Source of the DNA: a virus
IMG/VR virus record: IMGVR_UViG_3300025082_000007
Span: 6,756-70,755 of that record
Direction: 5' to 3' (one strand)
DNA length: 64,000 nt
The translations under genes and the position numbers were made by a program. Shown here one piece after another: positions 8,805 through 19,900 of the stretch (positions are counted from its first letter, which is position 1; every line of letters begins with the position of its first letter). Under the pieces are notes generated by a model. That model was not told the origin of the DNA and ran no database searches. It saw only the letters and a list, made by a program, of their open reading frames with translations.

Positions 8805-11535
8805 CACTCGTGAGGTTCGCGAGGAGAAGGTGTTGGTCAAGTTACTCTTAGGCCAGCGTCAGAAGCGCAAGAAGTATCGGCGCAAGCCGCCCCGCTTCTG
8901 GCGCGACTGTGTGAAGATCAAAACGAAGAAGGGTGAGGTCATTCCCTTCGTGATGAACCGTGCCCAGGTGGTTGTACACGAGGCCCTGGAGAAGCAGAAG
9001 CGCGAGACGGGTAGGGTCAGGGCACTGATACCTAAAGCGCGTCAGCTTGGCGTCTCAACCTATGTGGCGGCACGCTTCTATGCCAACACCACGCTCAATG
9101 AAGGCCGACGTACCTACATCCTGACGCACGAGGATCAAGCCACCCAGGAAATGTTCCAGATGGCCGGGCGCATTCACGCCGGTGTGCCGGATGGCATCAG
9201 GGCGGAGGCCTCGACCGACAACGCCAACGAGATGGACTTCGCCGCCATCAGCAGCGGCTATCGCATTGGCACAGCCAGGACGAAAGCTAAGGGGCGCGGA
9301 GGCACTGTCCAGAACTTTCATGGGTGTCTTGCTGAGGGTACTCTTGTCGTGGACCCACTCACAGCGCGGTTGAGGGAGATCGAGACCTATCGTGTTGGTG
9401 ATTTGGTGAGAACGCATACTAATGAGACTGCGCCTATATCTCACATCTCCACAGGAATGAAGGAGTGTGTCACTCTGATGATGAAGGGGCTGACTAACTT
9501 CCCCCTTACCCTCACAAACAACCACCGCCTTTGGACGCGGACTGGCTGGGCGAAGGCTGGAGCTTTAGATGAGGGGGATGTGGTTGGCTTTCCTGTGCGC
9601 GAGATCCATCACGATATTACCCACCTCCCCTTTAGAGTTGAGGGAGGATATCGCCCGCAAGGAGGAGGCAGTCAGCCCTCTGGCCCAGCCGCCGTCGAAA
9701 CAGACCATAACCTTGGTCGAGTGGTGGGGCTGTATCTAGCTGAGGGGTCAATCAAAAGACAACAGACGGGACAGAGGAGGCCGGCGAGTGTAGATTTTGG
9801 AGTCCATGAGGATGAAGTCGAAAGAACCATTGAGTGGCTTCAGGCATTGGGGGATTGCTGCACCTCAATAAAAGCTCGTCAAGCCAAGGACACAAAAACC
9901 GTCCATGTGGTGTCTCGTGGTAGATCGTTCGCAGAGTTTATAGAAGGTTTGGTTGGTTCAACGGATGCAAAAAGGTTACCGGAGTATTGGTGGTTGATGG
10001 GTAAGGAGTTTGTGAGGGGTATGGTTCATGGCTATCTATCTGGTGATGGTCATTTCGCTGCCAAAAGAGATCGTCGCATCTCAGCCACATCAATACGGGA
10101 AGCTATTTCTATTGGGATGCGTGATGCTATAGCTTCCCTTGGTTATGGTTGGGCAGCTATAGCATACAAACCCCCAGGCATCAGGTATGGGCGAGAGGAG
10201 CGGCCCGCATACATTCTTCGTCTCACAGGGGAGGGTGTGGAGCGATTAAGCCAAGAGTGTGGAAAGCCTTATGTTAAGCGCCAGCGCCCAGACAGGGGCA
10301 ACTACGGTACGATTAGGGTGGAAGATGGATACGCATGGATGCCCATCGTGTCGAAGGTTGTTGCCGGCATGAAACGCATCTTCGACTTTGAGGTTAGTCA
10401 CAAGGACCACTCCTTCTGCCTCCTCCAGGGTGCCAGCCACAACTCCGAGATGGCCTACTGGGCCAATGCCGGCGACCACATGGCTGGCGTGATGCAGTCG
10501 ATCCCCGAGGAGGACGGCACCGAGGTCATCTTCGAGAGTACGGGGGCCGGCATCGGCAACCTCTTCTACGACCTCTGCATCGAGGCCATGGAGGGGAACG
10601 GCGACTTCATCCTGATCTTCCTGCCGTGGCATCTCGATGACGACTACCGGCGCACGCCTCCCGAGGACTGGGTGCCGGCGAGCGAGTGGCTCGACTACGG
10701 TGCAATGCATGACCTCGACCCCGACCAACTCTACTGGGCTTGGAACAAGAACATCGTCTTGGCCAAATCGTGTGGCGGCTCGACCGAGGAGCCCTCGTGG
10801 CTGTTCCGTCAGGAGTACCCGGCGACCCTCGATGAGGCCTTCCAGCTTGTCACCGACGACAGCTTCATCCGACCCGAGATCGTGCTGGCGGCGAGGAAGG
10901 CGAGCTTCCCGGCAGCCAACGAGATCATGCCGGTGATCCTCGGGGTCGACGTGGCTCACGGTGGCAACGACAAGACACGCATCCTCGACCGCCATGGCAG
11001 GCGCCTGGGCAGTCTCGTCAACGAGACCTGGGATGAGAGCGATGAGATGGTGATGGCCGGCATGTTGGCCCAGAAGATCGATGAACTCACCGACATGGGG
11101 CGGGGGCCGAAGGCGGTCAACATCGACACCACGGGTGGTTACGGTGCCGGCCTCGCTGATCGCCTGCTGGAGCGCGGCTACAAGATGGTCAACAAGATCA
11201 ACTTCGGTCGCAGGGCCAACAACGTTGATAAGCACGCCAACATGCGGGCGCAGATGTGGGACGACCTCAGGGCGTGGCTGGAGGACGGGGCCGACATCCC
11301 CGACGATGAAAAGATCCAGATGCACTTCTGTGCCCCGAAGTCGAAGCCCGACAGTGGTGGCAGGCTGCTGCTGGAGGCCAAGGAGAAGATCAAGAAGCGC
11401 CTCAAATTTTCACCGGATGCCGGGGACGCTGCTGGACTGACCTTCGCAGTTGCTGTATACGCAGAGCCTAAGAAGATGGATCGATATGAGAGGGCAGCAG
11501 CGAAGAGTAAAAGGGGCTCTTCCTGGGCTGCCTAG
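8779..11535 (+). CDS. terL: Terminase large subunit containing an intein
   Basis: Walker A PKARQLGVST; Walker B split as NFHG/SEMAYW; ESTG; nuclease GVDVAHGGND and SPDAGDA. Confidence 0.95.
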   Translation: MQAPQQFTDTREVREEKVLVKLLLGQRQKRKKYRRKPPRFWRDCVKIKTKKGEVIPFVMNRAQVVVHEALEKQKRETGRVRALIPKARQLGVSTYVAARFYANTTLNEGRRTYILTHEDQATQEMFQMAGRIHAGVPDGIRAEASTDNANEMDFAAISSGYRIGTARTKAKGRGGTVQNFHGCLAEGTLVVDPLTARLREIETYRVGDLVRTHTNETAPISHISTGMKECVTLMMKGLTNFPLTLTNNHRLWTRTGWAKAGALDEGDVVGFPVREIHHDITHLPFRVEGGYRPQGGGSQPSGPAAVETDHNLGRVVGLYLAEGSIKRQQTGQRRPASVDFGVHEDEVERTIEWLQALGDCCTSIKARQAKDTKTVHVVSRGRSFAEFIEGLVGSTDAKRLPEYWWLMGKEFVRGMVHGYLSGDGHFAAKRDRRISATSIREAISIGMRDAIASLGYGWAAIAYKPPGIRYGREERPAYILRLTGEGVERLSQECGKPYVKRQRPDRGNYGTIRVEDGYAWMPIVSKVVAGMKRIFDFEVSHKDHSFCLLQGASHNSEMAYWANAGDHMAGVMQSIPEEDGTEVIFESTGAGIGNLFYDLCIEAMEGNGDFILIFLPWHLDDDYRRTPPEDWVPASEWLDYGAMHDLDPDQLYWAWNKNIVLAKSCGGSTEEPSWLFRQEYPATLDEAFQLVTDDSFIRPEIVLAARKASFPAANEIMPVILGVDVAHGGNDKTRILDRHGRRLGSLVNETWDESDEMVMAGMLAQKIDELTDMGRGPKAVNIDTTGGYGAGLADRLLERGYKMVNKINFGRRANNVDKHANMRAQMWDDLRAWLEDGADIPDDEKIQMHFCAPKSKPDSGGRLLLEAKEKIKKRLKFSPDAGDAAGLTFAVAVYAEPKKMDRYERAAAKSKRGSSWAA
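9325..10443 (+). mobile_element. Intein with LAGLIDADG homing endonuclease (373 aa)
   Basis: Starts CLAEGTLV; block B LTNNHRLW; GLYLAEGS and GYLSGDG motifs; ends ASHN followed by Ser; codon usage differs from exteins. Confidence 0.95.
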
Positions 11536-11546
11536 ACGGATGAGTG

Positions 11547-11681
11547 ATGACCGAGATGATCCAGAAGGTGGCCACCGCAGACCTTGTGGTAGCGTTCCCA
11601 GGTGGAAAGGGCACTGCCATGATGGTGAGGGTTGCGGAGAAAACTGGTGGGAAAGTACAGAGGGTGACAGAAGGCTTGTAA
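11547..11681 (+). pseudogene. C-terminal fragment resembling YspA/SLOG (DUF2493) family
   Basis: Manual translation MTEMIQKVATADLVVAFPGGKGTAMMVRVAEKTGGKVQRVTEGL. Confidence 0.5.
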
Positions 11682-11717
11682 CCAGCTACACTTCCCGCCT
11701 CCAGCCAGGAGAACGGC

Positions 11718-12359
11718 ATGGGCTTACTCTGCAAGGTGCTTGGTCACAAGTTCGAGGCGCTCCCCCTCTCGGGAGGTGTCGTTCGTTGTGTGCGCTGTCA
11801 GACCAAGAGCCTCTCGATCACGGAGCAGATGAAAAAGATAGCGCAGGGTGAGATTGAGTACGCCTCACGGGTCAGTGCCGTCACCTCACCCCTCGAAGGT
11901 GTTTCCGAGGAGGAGTTCACAAAGGCCCGGCGTGAGGCCCATGAGGAGGGTAAGGCACCCCCACCGCTGGGGGTGAGCATGCTGGGCCTTATCGGGGAAG
12001 ACGGGAAACAACTCCCAGGAATGACGTGGCCTCCAGGCTCTCTCCCTCGTGCTGGTGAGGGCGACTTATTTGCAGTGCGCATTATTAGGGTTCGCGCCCT
12101 CCTCGCAGATCGCAACACCACCATCTCCAAGCTCCGCTCCAAAAACGAGCGCCTCTGGCGCCGGCAGCGCCGGCTGCATAAGGAGATCAAGGAGCTTCAC
12201 GAGATGATCGATGCGGTCCCCCATGAGGTGAGGATGGCGTGTCTTAAGGCGACAGTCGAGGATGTAGCAAAGGTCGAGGGTATGATGTCTTGGCCATGGC
12301 TCGTCCCGGATGACGACGACGTGGTGAAGGACCAGACCCTTGTTGGAGGCACAGCCTGA
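11718..12359 (+). CDS. Hypothetical protein (N-terminal C-x3-GH...CxRC motif, coiled coil)
   Basis: RBS aggag; LLCKVLGHKF...CVRC; stop overlaps portal ATG. Confidence 0.6.
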   Translation: MGLLCKVLGHKFEALPLSGGVVRCVRCQTKSLSITEQMKKIAQGEIEYASRVSAVTSPLEGVSEEEFTKARREAHEEGKAPPPLGVSMLGLIGEDGKQLPGMTWPPGSLPRAGEGDLFAVRIIRVRALLADRNTTISKLRSKNERLWRRQRRLHKEIKELHEMIDAVPHEVRMACLKATVEDVAKVEGMMSWPWLVPDDDDVVKDQTLVGGTA

Positions 12360-14470
12360 TGCCCCTTGCTGACGACGAACTTATCAATCAAATTACCCGC
12401 AACCGCAAGCGAGCCGAGAGCCATTCAGGTGACTGGCGCAGCGAGGCCAGGATGGCTTTTGACATGGTTGCCGGCGAACAGTGGGATGACAAGGACAAGG
12501 CCCTCCTAACAGAGCAGCTTCGACCCGTGATCACGTTCAACCGCATCGGCCCCGTGGTTGATGTCGTTGCTGGCATGGAAGTCGGCAATCGACAAGAGGT
12601 CCGATACTATCCCCGCGAGGAGGGTGATGCTGCCGTCAACGAGTTGTTCACAGGCGCAGCGAGTTGGGTTCGAGACCTTTGTGATGCCGAGGATGAGGAG
12701 AGTGACGCCTTCCTTGATTGTGTCACATGCGGCATGGGGTGGACCGAGACCCATCTGGAGTATGACGTTGACCCTGAAGGCAGGATCAACATAGATCGAA
12801 CTGATCCCCTTGAGATGTGGTGGGACGCCACGGCGAAGCGCAACAACCTTGGGGATGCCCGATGGCTGCAGCGGGTCAAGAAGTTCTCGATCAACGGCTT
12901 CGAGGCACGCTGGCCCAACAAGCTAGAGATGGTTGGGAACAGAGCCCTGTGGAAGGACAAGGAGGTGCTACCCGACACCCACGATGCCAGTGAGGCCTGG
13001 AAATACGAGACTGACCAGGGCGACAAGATCAATCGAGATGACCCCAGCATCTGGGTGGTCGAGCAGCAGTGGTTCGAACTAGAGACAATCTACAAAGTGG
13101 CTGACCCCGAGAGCCAAAAAATCGTCACCTTCAAGCACGCTGAGTTCTCGAAGGTCAAGGACCAACTCGATGCCCTTGGCGTGAAGTATGTCAAGACCAA
13201 GAGCCGGGTCTACTATCGAGCCTACGCTGCCGGCAAGACCATTCTCGAAAACAAGAAGTCATCCTCGCAGACAGGCTTCACCTATCGCGCCATCACAGGC
13301 AAGCGAGATAGGAACAAAAACACTTGGTACGGCCTCGTTCGAGGCATGACGGACCCACAGAAGTGGGCCAATAAATTTTTTAGCCAGATCCTCCACATCA
13401 TCAATGCCAACTCCAAGGGTGGCATCATCGCGGAGGAGGACGCCTTCGCAGATCCTCGCAAGGCGGAGGCGGAGTGGGCCAAGCCCGATGCCGTCACGCT
13501 GGTCAAGCCCAACAGCCTGGACAAGGTCCGTGACAAGGCCATGGCCCAATTCCCTGCCGGCATTGACCGCATGATGGAGTTTGCCATCCAGTCGATCCGT
13601 GACACTGGCGGCGTCAATCTTGAGATCCTCGGTATGGCTGACCGCAACCAGCCGGGTGTGTTGGAACACCAGAGGAAGAAGGCCGGTTACAATATTTTGG
13701 CTCGCGTCTTTGACAGCCTTCGAAGATATCGCAAAGAACAGGGCCGGACGTTGCTGGAGTTCATCCAGGAACATCTCACTGATGGCCGCTTGATCCGCAT
13801 CGACAGCGAGCTTGGCCCCCAGTACGTCAAGCTGACGCGTAACAAGGCAGTGGTGACCTACGACGTGGTCGTGGACGAGGCTGCCTCCAGTCCCAACCAG
13901 AAGGAGGAGGTCTTCGCCGTCCTGACGCAACTCATGCCCTTCCTCACCCAGATTGGCATCACGCCACCCATCGACACCATCGACTATCTGCCACTGCCGG
14001 CGACGTTGTTGGCCAAGTGGAAGAAAGAGATGGCTGAGAACAAAGAAAATCCCGAGATGCAGCGCATGCAGCAAGAGATGCAGCAGATGCAGCAGATGTT
14101 GGCCAAGGCCGAGATCGAGAAGGACTTCGCCAAGGCGGAACTCGACAAGGCCAAGGTTGCCCTCACCCAGGCACAGACGCAGACGGAGTTGGCCAAGACG
14201 GACCTCGACGCCACCAAACTGGGCATCGAGGCCAACAAGCTCGAAGTCTCGATGGCGCAGCACGACGACCACATGGGCAAGGCTCGCGAGGACCACGGCG
14301 ACCGTATGGGCCTTGACCTCCTTAGGCACGACGACGGCATAGCTGACCGGGCCGAGGAGCGAATGGTTGCTGGTGCCAGGGAAGTGGCCAAGACAGAAAT
14401 CGAGGAGATGAAGATCGAGGCCTCTCGTCCTCAGGAGGGGGTGGGTTACGAGACCGGGCCGAGGTTCTAG
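12359..14470 (+). CDS. Portal protein (P22-like podovirus)
   Basis: GEQW...RPVITFNRI..V..V.G.E; YGLVRGMTDPQ..AN; YDVVVDEA..SP; coiled-coil C-terminus; follows terL. Confidence 0.92.
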   Translation: MPLADDELINQITRNRKRAESHSGDWRSEARMAFDMVAGEQWDDKDKALLTEQLRPVITFNRIGPVVDVVAGMEVGNRQEVRYYPREEGDAAVNELFTGAASWVRDLCDAEDEESDAFLDCVTCGMGWTETHLEYDVDPEGRINIDRTDPLEMWWDATAKRNNLGDARWLQRVKKFSINGFEARWPNKLEMVGNRALWKDKEVLPDTHDASEAWKYETDQGDKINRDDPSIWVVEQQWFELETIYKVADPESQKIVTFKHAEFSKVKDQLDALGVKYVKTKSRVYYRAYAAGKTILENKKSSSQTGFTYRAITGKRDRNKNTWYGLVRGMTDPQKWANKFFSQILHIINANSKGGIIAEEDAFADPRKAEAEWAKPDAVTLVKPNSLDKVRDKAMAQFPAGIDRMMEFAIQSIRDTGGVNLEILGMADRNQPGVLEHQRKKAGYNILARVFDSLRRYRKEQGRTLLEFIQEHLTDGRLIRIDSELGPQYVKLTRNKAVVTYDVVVDEAASSPNQKEEVFAVLTQLMPFLTQIGITPPIDTIDYLPLPATLLAKWKKEMAENKENPEMQRMQQEMQQMQQMLAKAEIEKDFAKAELDKAKVALTQAQTQTELAKTDLDATKLGIEANKLEVSMAQHDDHMGKAREDHGDRMGLDLLRHDDGIADRAEERMVAGAREVAKTEIEEMKIEASRPQEGVGYETGPRF

Positions 14471-14473
14471 ACT

Positions 14474-16936
14474 ATGGCCCTCAACACCATGCTCAACACG
14501 AACACCAACGTCCCCTCGTGGGCGGGGGACGCTCTTGGTGTGGGTGCGACAACCCAGCCCGTCTGGGCAACTGACTCTGGTTGGCCACAGAGCAACCGTC
14601 TCCGAGAGGGCAGCAAGAAGAGCCCCTCACAGACGCTGAAAGAGGCTTATGCGTCCACCCGCCTGGGAGAGATCTACAAAGCTCCCAGCACCACACTCGC
14701 TCCCATAGTGTCGGCCCCACCCTCCCCCGCGCCGGCACCAGTGGCCACCCCAGCCTCGTGGTTGCCCCCGGTAGGGGCCAGTGGGGCTGGGGGAGGGAGC
14801 ATGCCTATGGGAGGCAGCACGGTCACGACAGGGGGTGGTGGGGGCGGCATTGACGCCGGCAGCATGCTCAGCGGCCTCGGGAGCTTGGCCTCTGGTGGCC
14901 CCGGGAGCTTGGCCTCTGGTGGCTCCGACATACTAGAGCAAATCTCAGACTGGTTCAGCCCCAAATTTGGCCTAGGCTCAAGCACAATGAATGCAGGGGG
15001 AGCAACATTTGCTGAAGCCGCTGGCGCTCTAGGAATGACACCTTCTGCACTAGCTGCCATGGGTCCAGAAGGTATGGCCTTAGCGCAAGGTGTAGGTATC
15101 CCAGGTACGGCCGGAAACGCAGCATCAGTCTTTGGTGCTGGGGGTGGTAGTTTGGGTAGCGGAGCTGCCTATCCTACCGACACCCTTGCCGGCGACTATG
15201 GTCAGAACACGACTTTTGGTGGGTCTGGCGGTGATGACATCCTCGGTGGTGTCGGGGACTACTTCAGCCCCTCGGCTGGGTCGCAGACTTTGGCAGATTA
15301 TGCTGCTTCTCAGGGGCTTGCTTCGACAGCGGCGGCGCCCTGGATTGGGGCGCCGCTTCCCGCTAGCAGCAATACAATCGGCACGATGCTGGCTGGGTGG
15401 GGCGGGTTGAGTGCCCCAGGCACTGCCTCCTTGGTGGCTGCTGGCATGCCCAGCCTTCCTGCTGGCATGCTCGCCGGCCTCGCCAGCCCCGCCGCCTGGG
15501 CCGCACTCCCCATCACACTGGGTATCCAATCACTCCTCACCCGAGGCGACACCAAGGAGGAGGAAGCGGCCAAGGCAAAATGGATTGCCCGCGTCGAGAA
15601 GAACCTCAGCGACATCCGCCACGGTCGCATCGACAGCGCCTCGGGCTTGGCCAACATCACCATGGGCCGGCGCAACGAAAGCAACCGTCACCTCCTCGAA
15701 CGCACGGCCGCCGGCAGCCATGATGTCTCCCCGCTTGGGGCCGACAAGCTCCGTGCGAACCAAGCCTGGGGCGGACTGAAAGACGTTGCCCTACTCGACA
15801 GCTATCAGGCGGAGGGTCACTTCGATGACCCGTCTCAGATCGCGGAACTCGACAGGTGGCGGAAGAAGCTGCTGGCTGATGCCGGCATCGCTGACCGGGC
15901 TGAATACGACAAGCTCTTCGCTGATTGGAAGAAGCTCCAGCAGCAGGGGGCCACGCAGGGCGGGGAGGGGGCAGACTATTGGCGGCAGCAGACAGCCACT
16001 GCCTACCTTAACAACCCTGAGACGCGCCGCCTCATCGATCTCTTTGGGGGCAATGAGTTCCGCGATAACTTGGGCCTGGAGCGGATGAATATAATGAATA
16101 ACCCCGGCGATGGTGGGGGGCCACCGCCCAGCATCCCCATCACCCAGGTGCCGCTGGACTACCGCGACAACGAGTTCATCAACCCCAACTACCAGCCGCC
16201 TCGACCCGACCTCATGGAGGGTATCGAGCAGTTGCCTGACGGGCGCTACTGGCGCTCAGAAGGGCCAGGAGACATTCCGTCCAGCGGTAACATGGTGCCT
16301 GCCTCTGAGTTTGCTTCGTTGCAGCAGCAGATGGCTGCTCCTGTGCCCACCACTGACCACCGCTCCGCCGGGTTGGAGCGTCTCCTCGCCGAGCGGAAAG
16401 TTGCCCCGGCAGGCCAACCTGCCAACCTGGAGGGTCTGAAGCAACTCCCTGGCGGCGGTGGTTGGTGGCGACCCGAGGGGCCAAACGACATTCCGTCCAG
16501 CGGCAACACCATCGACCCGGCTTCGTATGGCGGGGGCGCGCCTTCGGAGATATGGCGGGGGTTGCCACCACCCACAACCGCGTTGTCCGATCTCTCGGGC
16601 GCATCGGGTCCATTGACGAACGCCCAGATCCAGTCGAAGGTATCCGCAGGCGCTAACCCGGCTGGCCTTATGGGCTGGGCAACTGACGGATCATTCGGCA
16701 CGCCGCCTGACCCTTCGGCTTCCATGCTCAACCTCCAGAGCTTTACGGACATCCCAGGCATGGCTGGCCGCTCCTCGGGAGATCTCATTGGCATCAACCC
16801 CGGCTTCACTGATCCAGCGGTCCAACAGGCCTATACTGGGTTCACCGGAAACGTGCCGGGTGCCGGTCGCACCCTCCTCGATCTCTTCAACGCCAACCCC
16901 ACGGCTTACTCTCGCTTCCAGCAGGCGCTGGCCTAG
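14474..16936 (+). CDS. Large Gly/Ala/Pro-rich putative internal virion/ejection protein
   Basis: 820 aa, low complexity, hydrophobic stretch, internal repeats, lies between portal and scaffold. Confidence 0.55.
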   Translation: MALNTMLNTNTNVPSWAGDALGVGATTQPVWATDSGWPQSNRLREGSKKSPSQTLKEAYASTRLGEIYKAPSTTLAPIVSAPPSPAPAPVATPASWLPPVGASGAGGGSMPMGGSTVTTGGGGGGIDAGSMLSGLGSLASGGPGSLASGGSDILEQISDWFSPKFGLGSSTMNAGGATFAEAAGALGMTPSALAAMGPEGMALAQGVGIPGTAGNAASVFGAGGGSLGSGAAYPTDTLAGDYGQNTTFGGSGGDDILGGVGDYFSPSAGSQTLADYAASQGLASTAAAPWIGAPLPASSNTIGTMLAGWGGLSAPGTASLVAAGMPSLPAGMLAGLASPAAWAALPITLGIQSLLTRGDTKEEEAAKAKWIARVEKNLSDIRHGRIDSASGLANITMGRRNESNRHLLERTAAGSHDVSPLGADKLRANQAWGGLKDVALLDSYQAEGHFDDPSQIAELDRWRKKLLADAGIADRAEYDKLFADWKKLQQQGATQGGEGADYWRQQTATAYLNNPETRRLIDLFGGNEFRDNLGLERMNIMNNPGDGGGPPPSIPITQVPLDYRDNEFINPNYQPPRPDLMEGIEQLPDGRYWRSEGPGDIPSSGNMVPASEFASLQQQMAAPVPTTDHRSAGLERLLAERKVAPAGQPANLEGLKQLPGGGGWWRPEGPNDIPSSGNTIDPASYGGGAPSEIWRGLPPPTTALSDLSGASGPLTNAQIQSKVSAGANPAGLMGWATDGSFGTPPDPSASMLNLQSFTDIPGMAGRSSGDLIGINPGFTDPAVQQAYTGFTGNVPGAGRTLLDLFNANPTAYSRFQQALA

Positions 16937-16939
16937 AAA

Positions 16940-19900
16940 ATGGTTTACCCTGATCACATTTTACGGCAAAACCCCACAATGACAGGCATGCCGGCAGAAA
17001 TGCTGCTCTCGCCCGTCTACCCAGGAGAGGCGCCCATGCAGGCGCCGCCGGGAGCGGTTTCATCCCCCGCTCCGCTGCCTAGTGCAGCCGCCGCCCCTTC
17101 AGCCGCATCACCTGATGGGCCGGGCGCCTCTCCGCCTCAGCTCAATCAAGCCGGCTTCGACAAGATGTTCGGGCCGAAGCCTCAAGGGCTTCAGCCCAAT
17201 CCCACCGTGGAGAAGGTGAAGGCGCAGGTGGCGGAGCAGTCGGAGAAGATCAAAGGTCGCCGCGATGCGCTCAAGACCGGGGGCTTCCGCATGCCTCACA
17301 CCCCGACGATGGCGGAGCAGGCGCGGCAGGCCATAGCGGCCCAGCCGCCGCCCTCGCGCACGGACCTGGGCTACCCCGCCGCCGAGGTCGAGGCTGCCGC
17401 TGCCCAGGCTCGTCAGGCTGCCGGCATCACGCCTGCGATGATGGCGCAGCCGGTCAATCCGCTGGCGTCAGTGCCTTCGCCAGACGCCCTCATCGAGAGG
17501 CAGATGGAAGGCATGCAGCCGGGCCAGTCCATGTTCTTCAATCAGCATGGGCAGCAGTACGCCCCCAACGCGACATCGGTGACGGCGGGCGGGCCGTCCT
17601 GGCGTGCCGAGAACCCCTGGTACGATCCCAAGTTCGACTACCTGCCCTTCCTCGGCATGTACGGCGTTACGCGAGACCTGATGGAGAAGGTCGAGGCCGG
17701 CCAGCCAGCCGCCGTCGAGAAGTTCGTCATGGCGGCGTCCCTGGCTGGTTTGCCATCGCTGTTCCGAGGCCTCGCGCCCGGCAAGCTGGGGTCGGCTTTG
17801 AAGACTGCCGGCGCCCTCCCCTCGACCTCACCAGCTCCTTACGGCACGAAGTACGCTAAGGCCCTGGAGAGGCTCGCTGACGATTTCGTCAAAGATGAAC
17901 GCGGCACGCTCGCTGGCTCTAAGGCGGTTGGCGCCAATCTGCCGGCGATGCAGCGGGCGAGGGGCGCTCTTGCTGAAGGCACTGATCCCAAGAAGGTGGT
18001 CAAGCAGACGGGCTGGCACGAGGCCCCCGGCGGTCGCATGGCCTTCGAGATCAGCGACAAGAACGCCAAGCTGAAGCCGTGGCCTGCGGACATTGGCAAC
18101 AGGAGGCAGGCGAGGCGGCGCGTGAAGCTGAGTGAATTATTGGATCACGAGGAGCTTTACGAACTCTACCCTGAACTCAAGGACATCGAGGTGGTCAGCC
18201 TTGGTAGGTCTGCCCTCGGTGGTGTGATCCTTCCCAATGCGAAGACCAACTGGAAGCCCCTAGTCTTCGTGAACGCTATGGACCTTGTCTCGAGGCCCAA
18301 ACGGGTCAGGACGACGCTGCTGCACGAGATCCAACACCTCATCCAGGGTATAGAGGGTTGGCCCAGGGGGACAAGCACCTCGATCCAGGCCGACAAGTTC
18401 CGCGAGGCCATTGAGAGTGCTGATGATGCCGTGAGGGCGGGGGCTGAGGCGGAGTTGTCGGCACAGGTTCGAGCGATAGAGAATGCGAACGGCTTTCGAT
18501 TTCGCGAGCTATCCGTGGATCAACAAGGGCGTGTCATTGATATGGCGGTGAATAACGTCGTCATCGACCGATACAACTTGAGTGCCGGCGAGGCGATGGC
18601 GAGAGCCGTAGAGTTGAGGTCGAACCAAGCGCCCGCCACCCAGGCCAAGAAGCCCTTCTGGGAGGCCTACCGGAGCGAAGGCAAGCCTGTCGATCAGAAG
18701 GAGTTGATCGTTGAGTGGGATGTACCCGGCGAACTCCCCTCGGGTGAGATGCGACCGTGGCGGATGTCGTTGCCGGCGATGCTCAAGGAAGAGCCCGCCT
18801 CCATGGTCCCAGGCCCAGCCCGGTCATTGATGACGGCGCCCGTTCTTGTTGAGAGGAAATACGCAGCCGACCTCCGGGCCGCTGCCGGTGTCGAGAGCCT
18901 CCCCACCCACATGGCCTCAACCTTAGCGAAGCCCGTGACCTCGATGGTGCCGGATGGGCCTGTGAGGGCAGCCTCGATGACGGACCCACCCATGCCTGAG
19001 CTTGGGGCGCGGTATCCTGAGGTCGGGCCGGCGGTTGAGCGAACCAACGCAGGCGGTGGCAAATACCTGGGCAAGGGTTACTCTGATGAAGAGGAGGCCC
19101 TCAAGAAGATAATGCCTGACATTCAGGACAGCATCGATGCTGGTGACTACAGGCCCTACTTTGACATATCGAAGCGGGCCGATGTTGACCCGAAGAGGTA
19201 TCCCCTCGAAGGGGACACGCTGAAGTCTAGGCCGGCGAAGGACGCCACCATCGCCAAGCACATGCCCAAGGCTCGCAACCCTGAGGCCAGGAAGCGCATT
19301 CTGGCAGCCTTCGAGCGTGGCAAGCAATTGCCGGGCGCTGCTGACTGGTACTTTATGGCCCAGCTTGAGAAGGAGTTCATCAAAGAGCTTGGCGCCAAGG
19401 CTGGCCGGGAGGCCTTCAGGAAGAAGTTCTCCGTGGCCATGGCGGCGACCACTGGCGGCGCTGATCCGAGGGCCAACTTTCGCATGGCTATGTATGGGAA
19501 CTGGCTTGATGAGAGGGGCCTTCCCTATCCCCAGGCGACCCATGAGATACCGTACCCGGCAGGAGGCAAGACGGTTGTCGGGAATTACAAGCAGCATCGG
19601 AAGGCCATGGAGGAAATGGGTTTCAGTTGGGACAAGAACTCGAAGCGGTTCAATTTCCAGGGCGCCTTCGAGGGCCACCGTAAGGTTACCATTGATGAGC
19701 AAATTGGGACGGAACTGTTCGGCCTTAAGGGCGCACCTTCAGAGACGCATACCTATGGCCTCTTTGAGGAGGTTCTGAGGGAGATGGCTGCTGAGGCCGG
19801 TGTCGATCCGCGCTATTTCCAAGAGATCATCTGGGCTGGTGCTAAGGCCCTGAAGGATGAGCGAAAGGGCAAGGTCGTTTCCTCAGGCAAGCCCATGATC

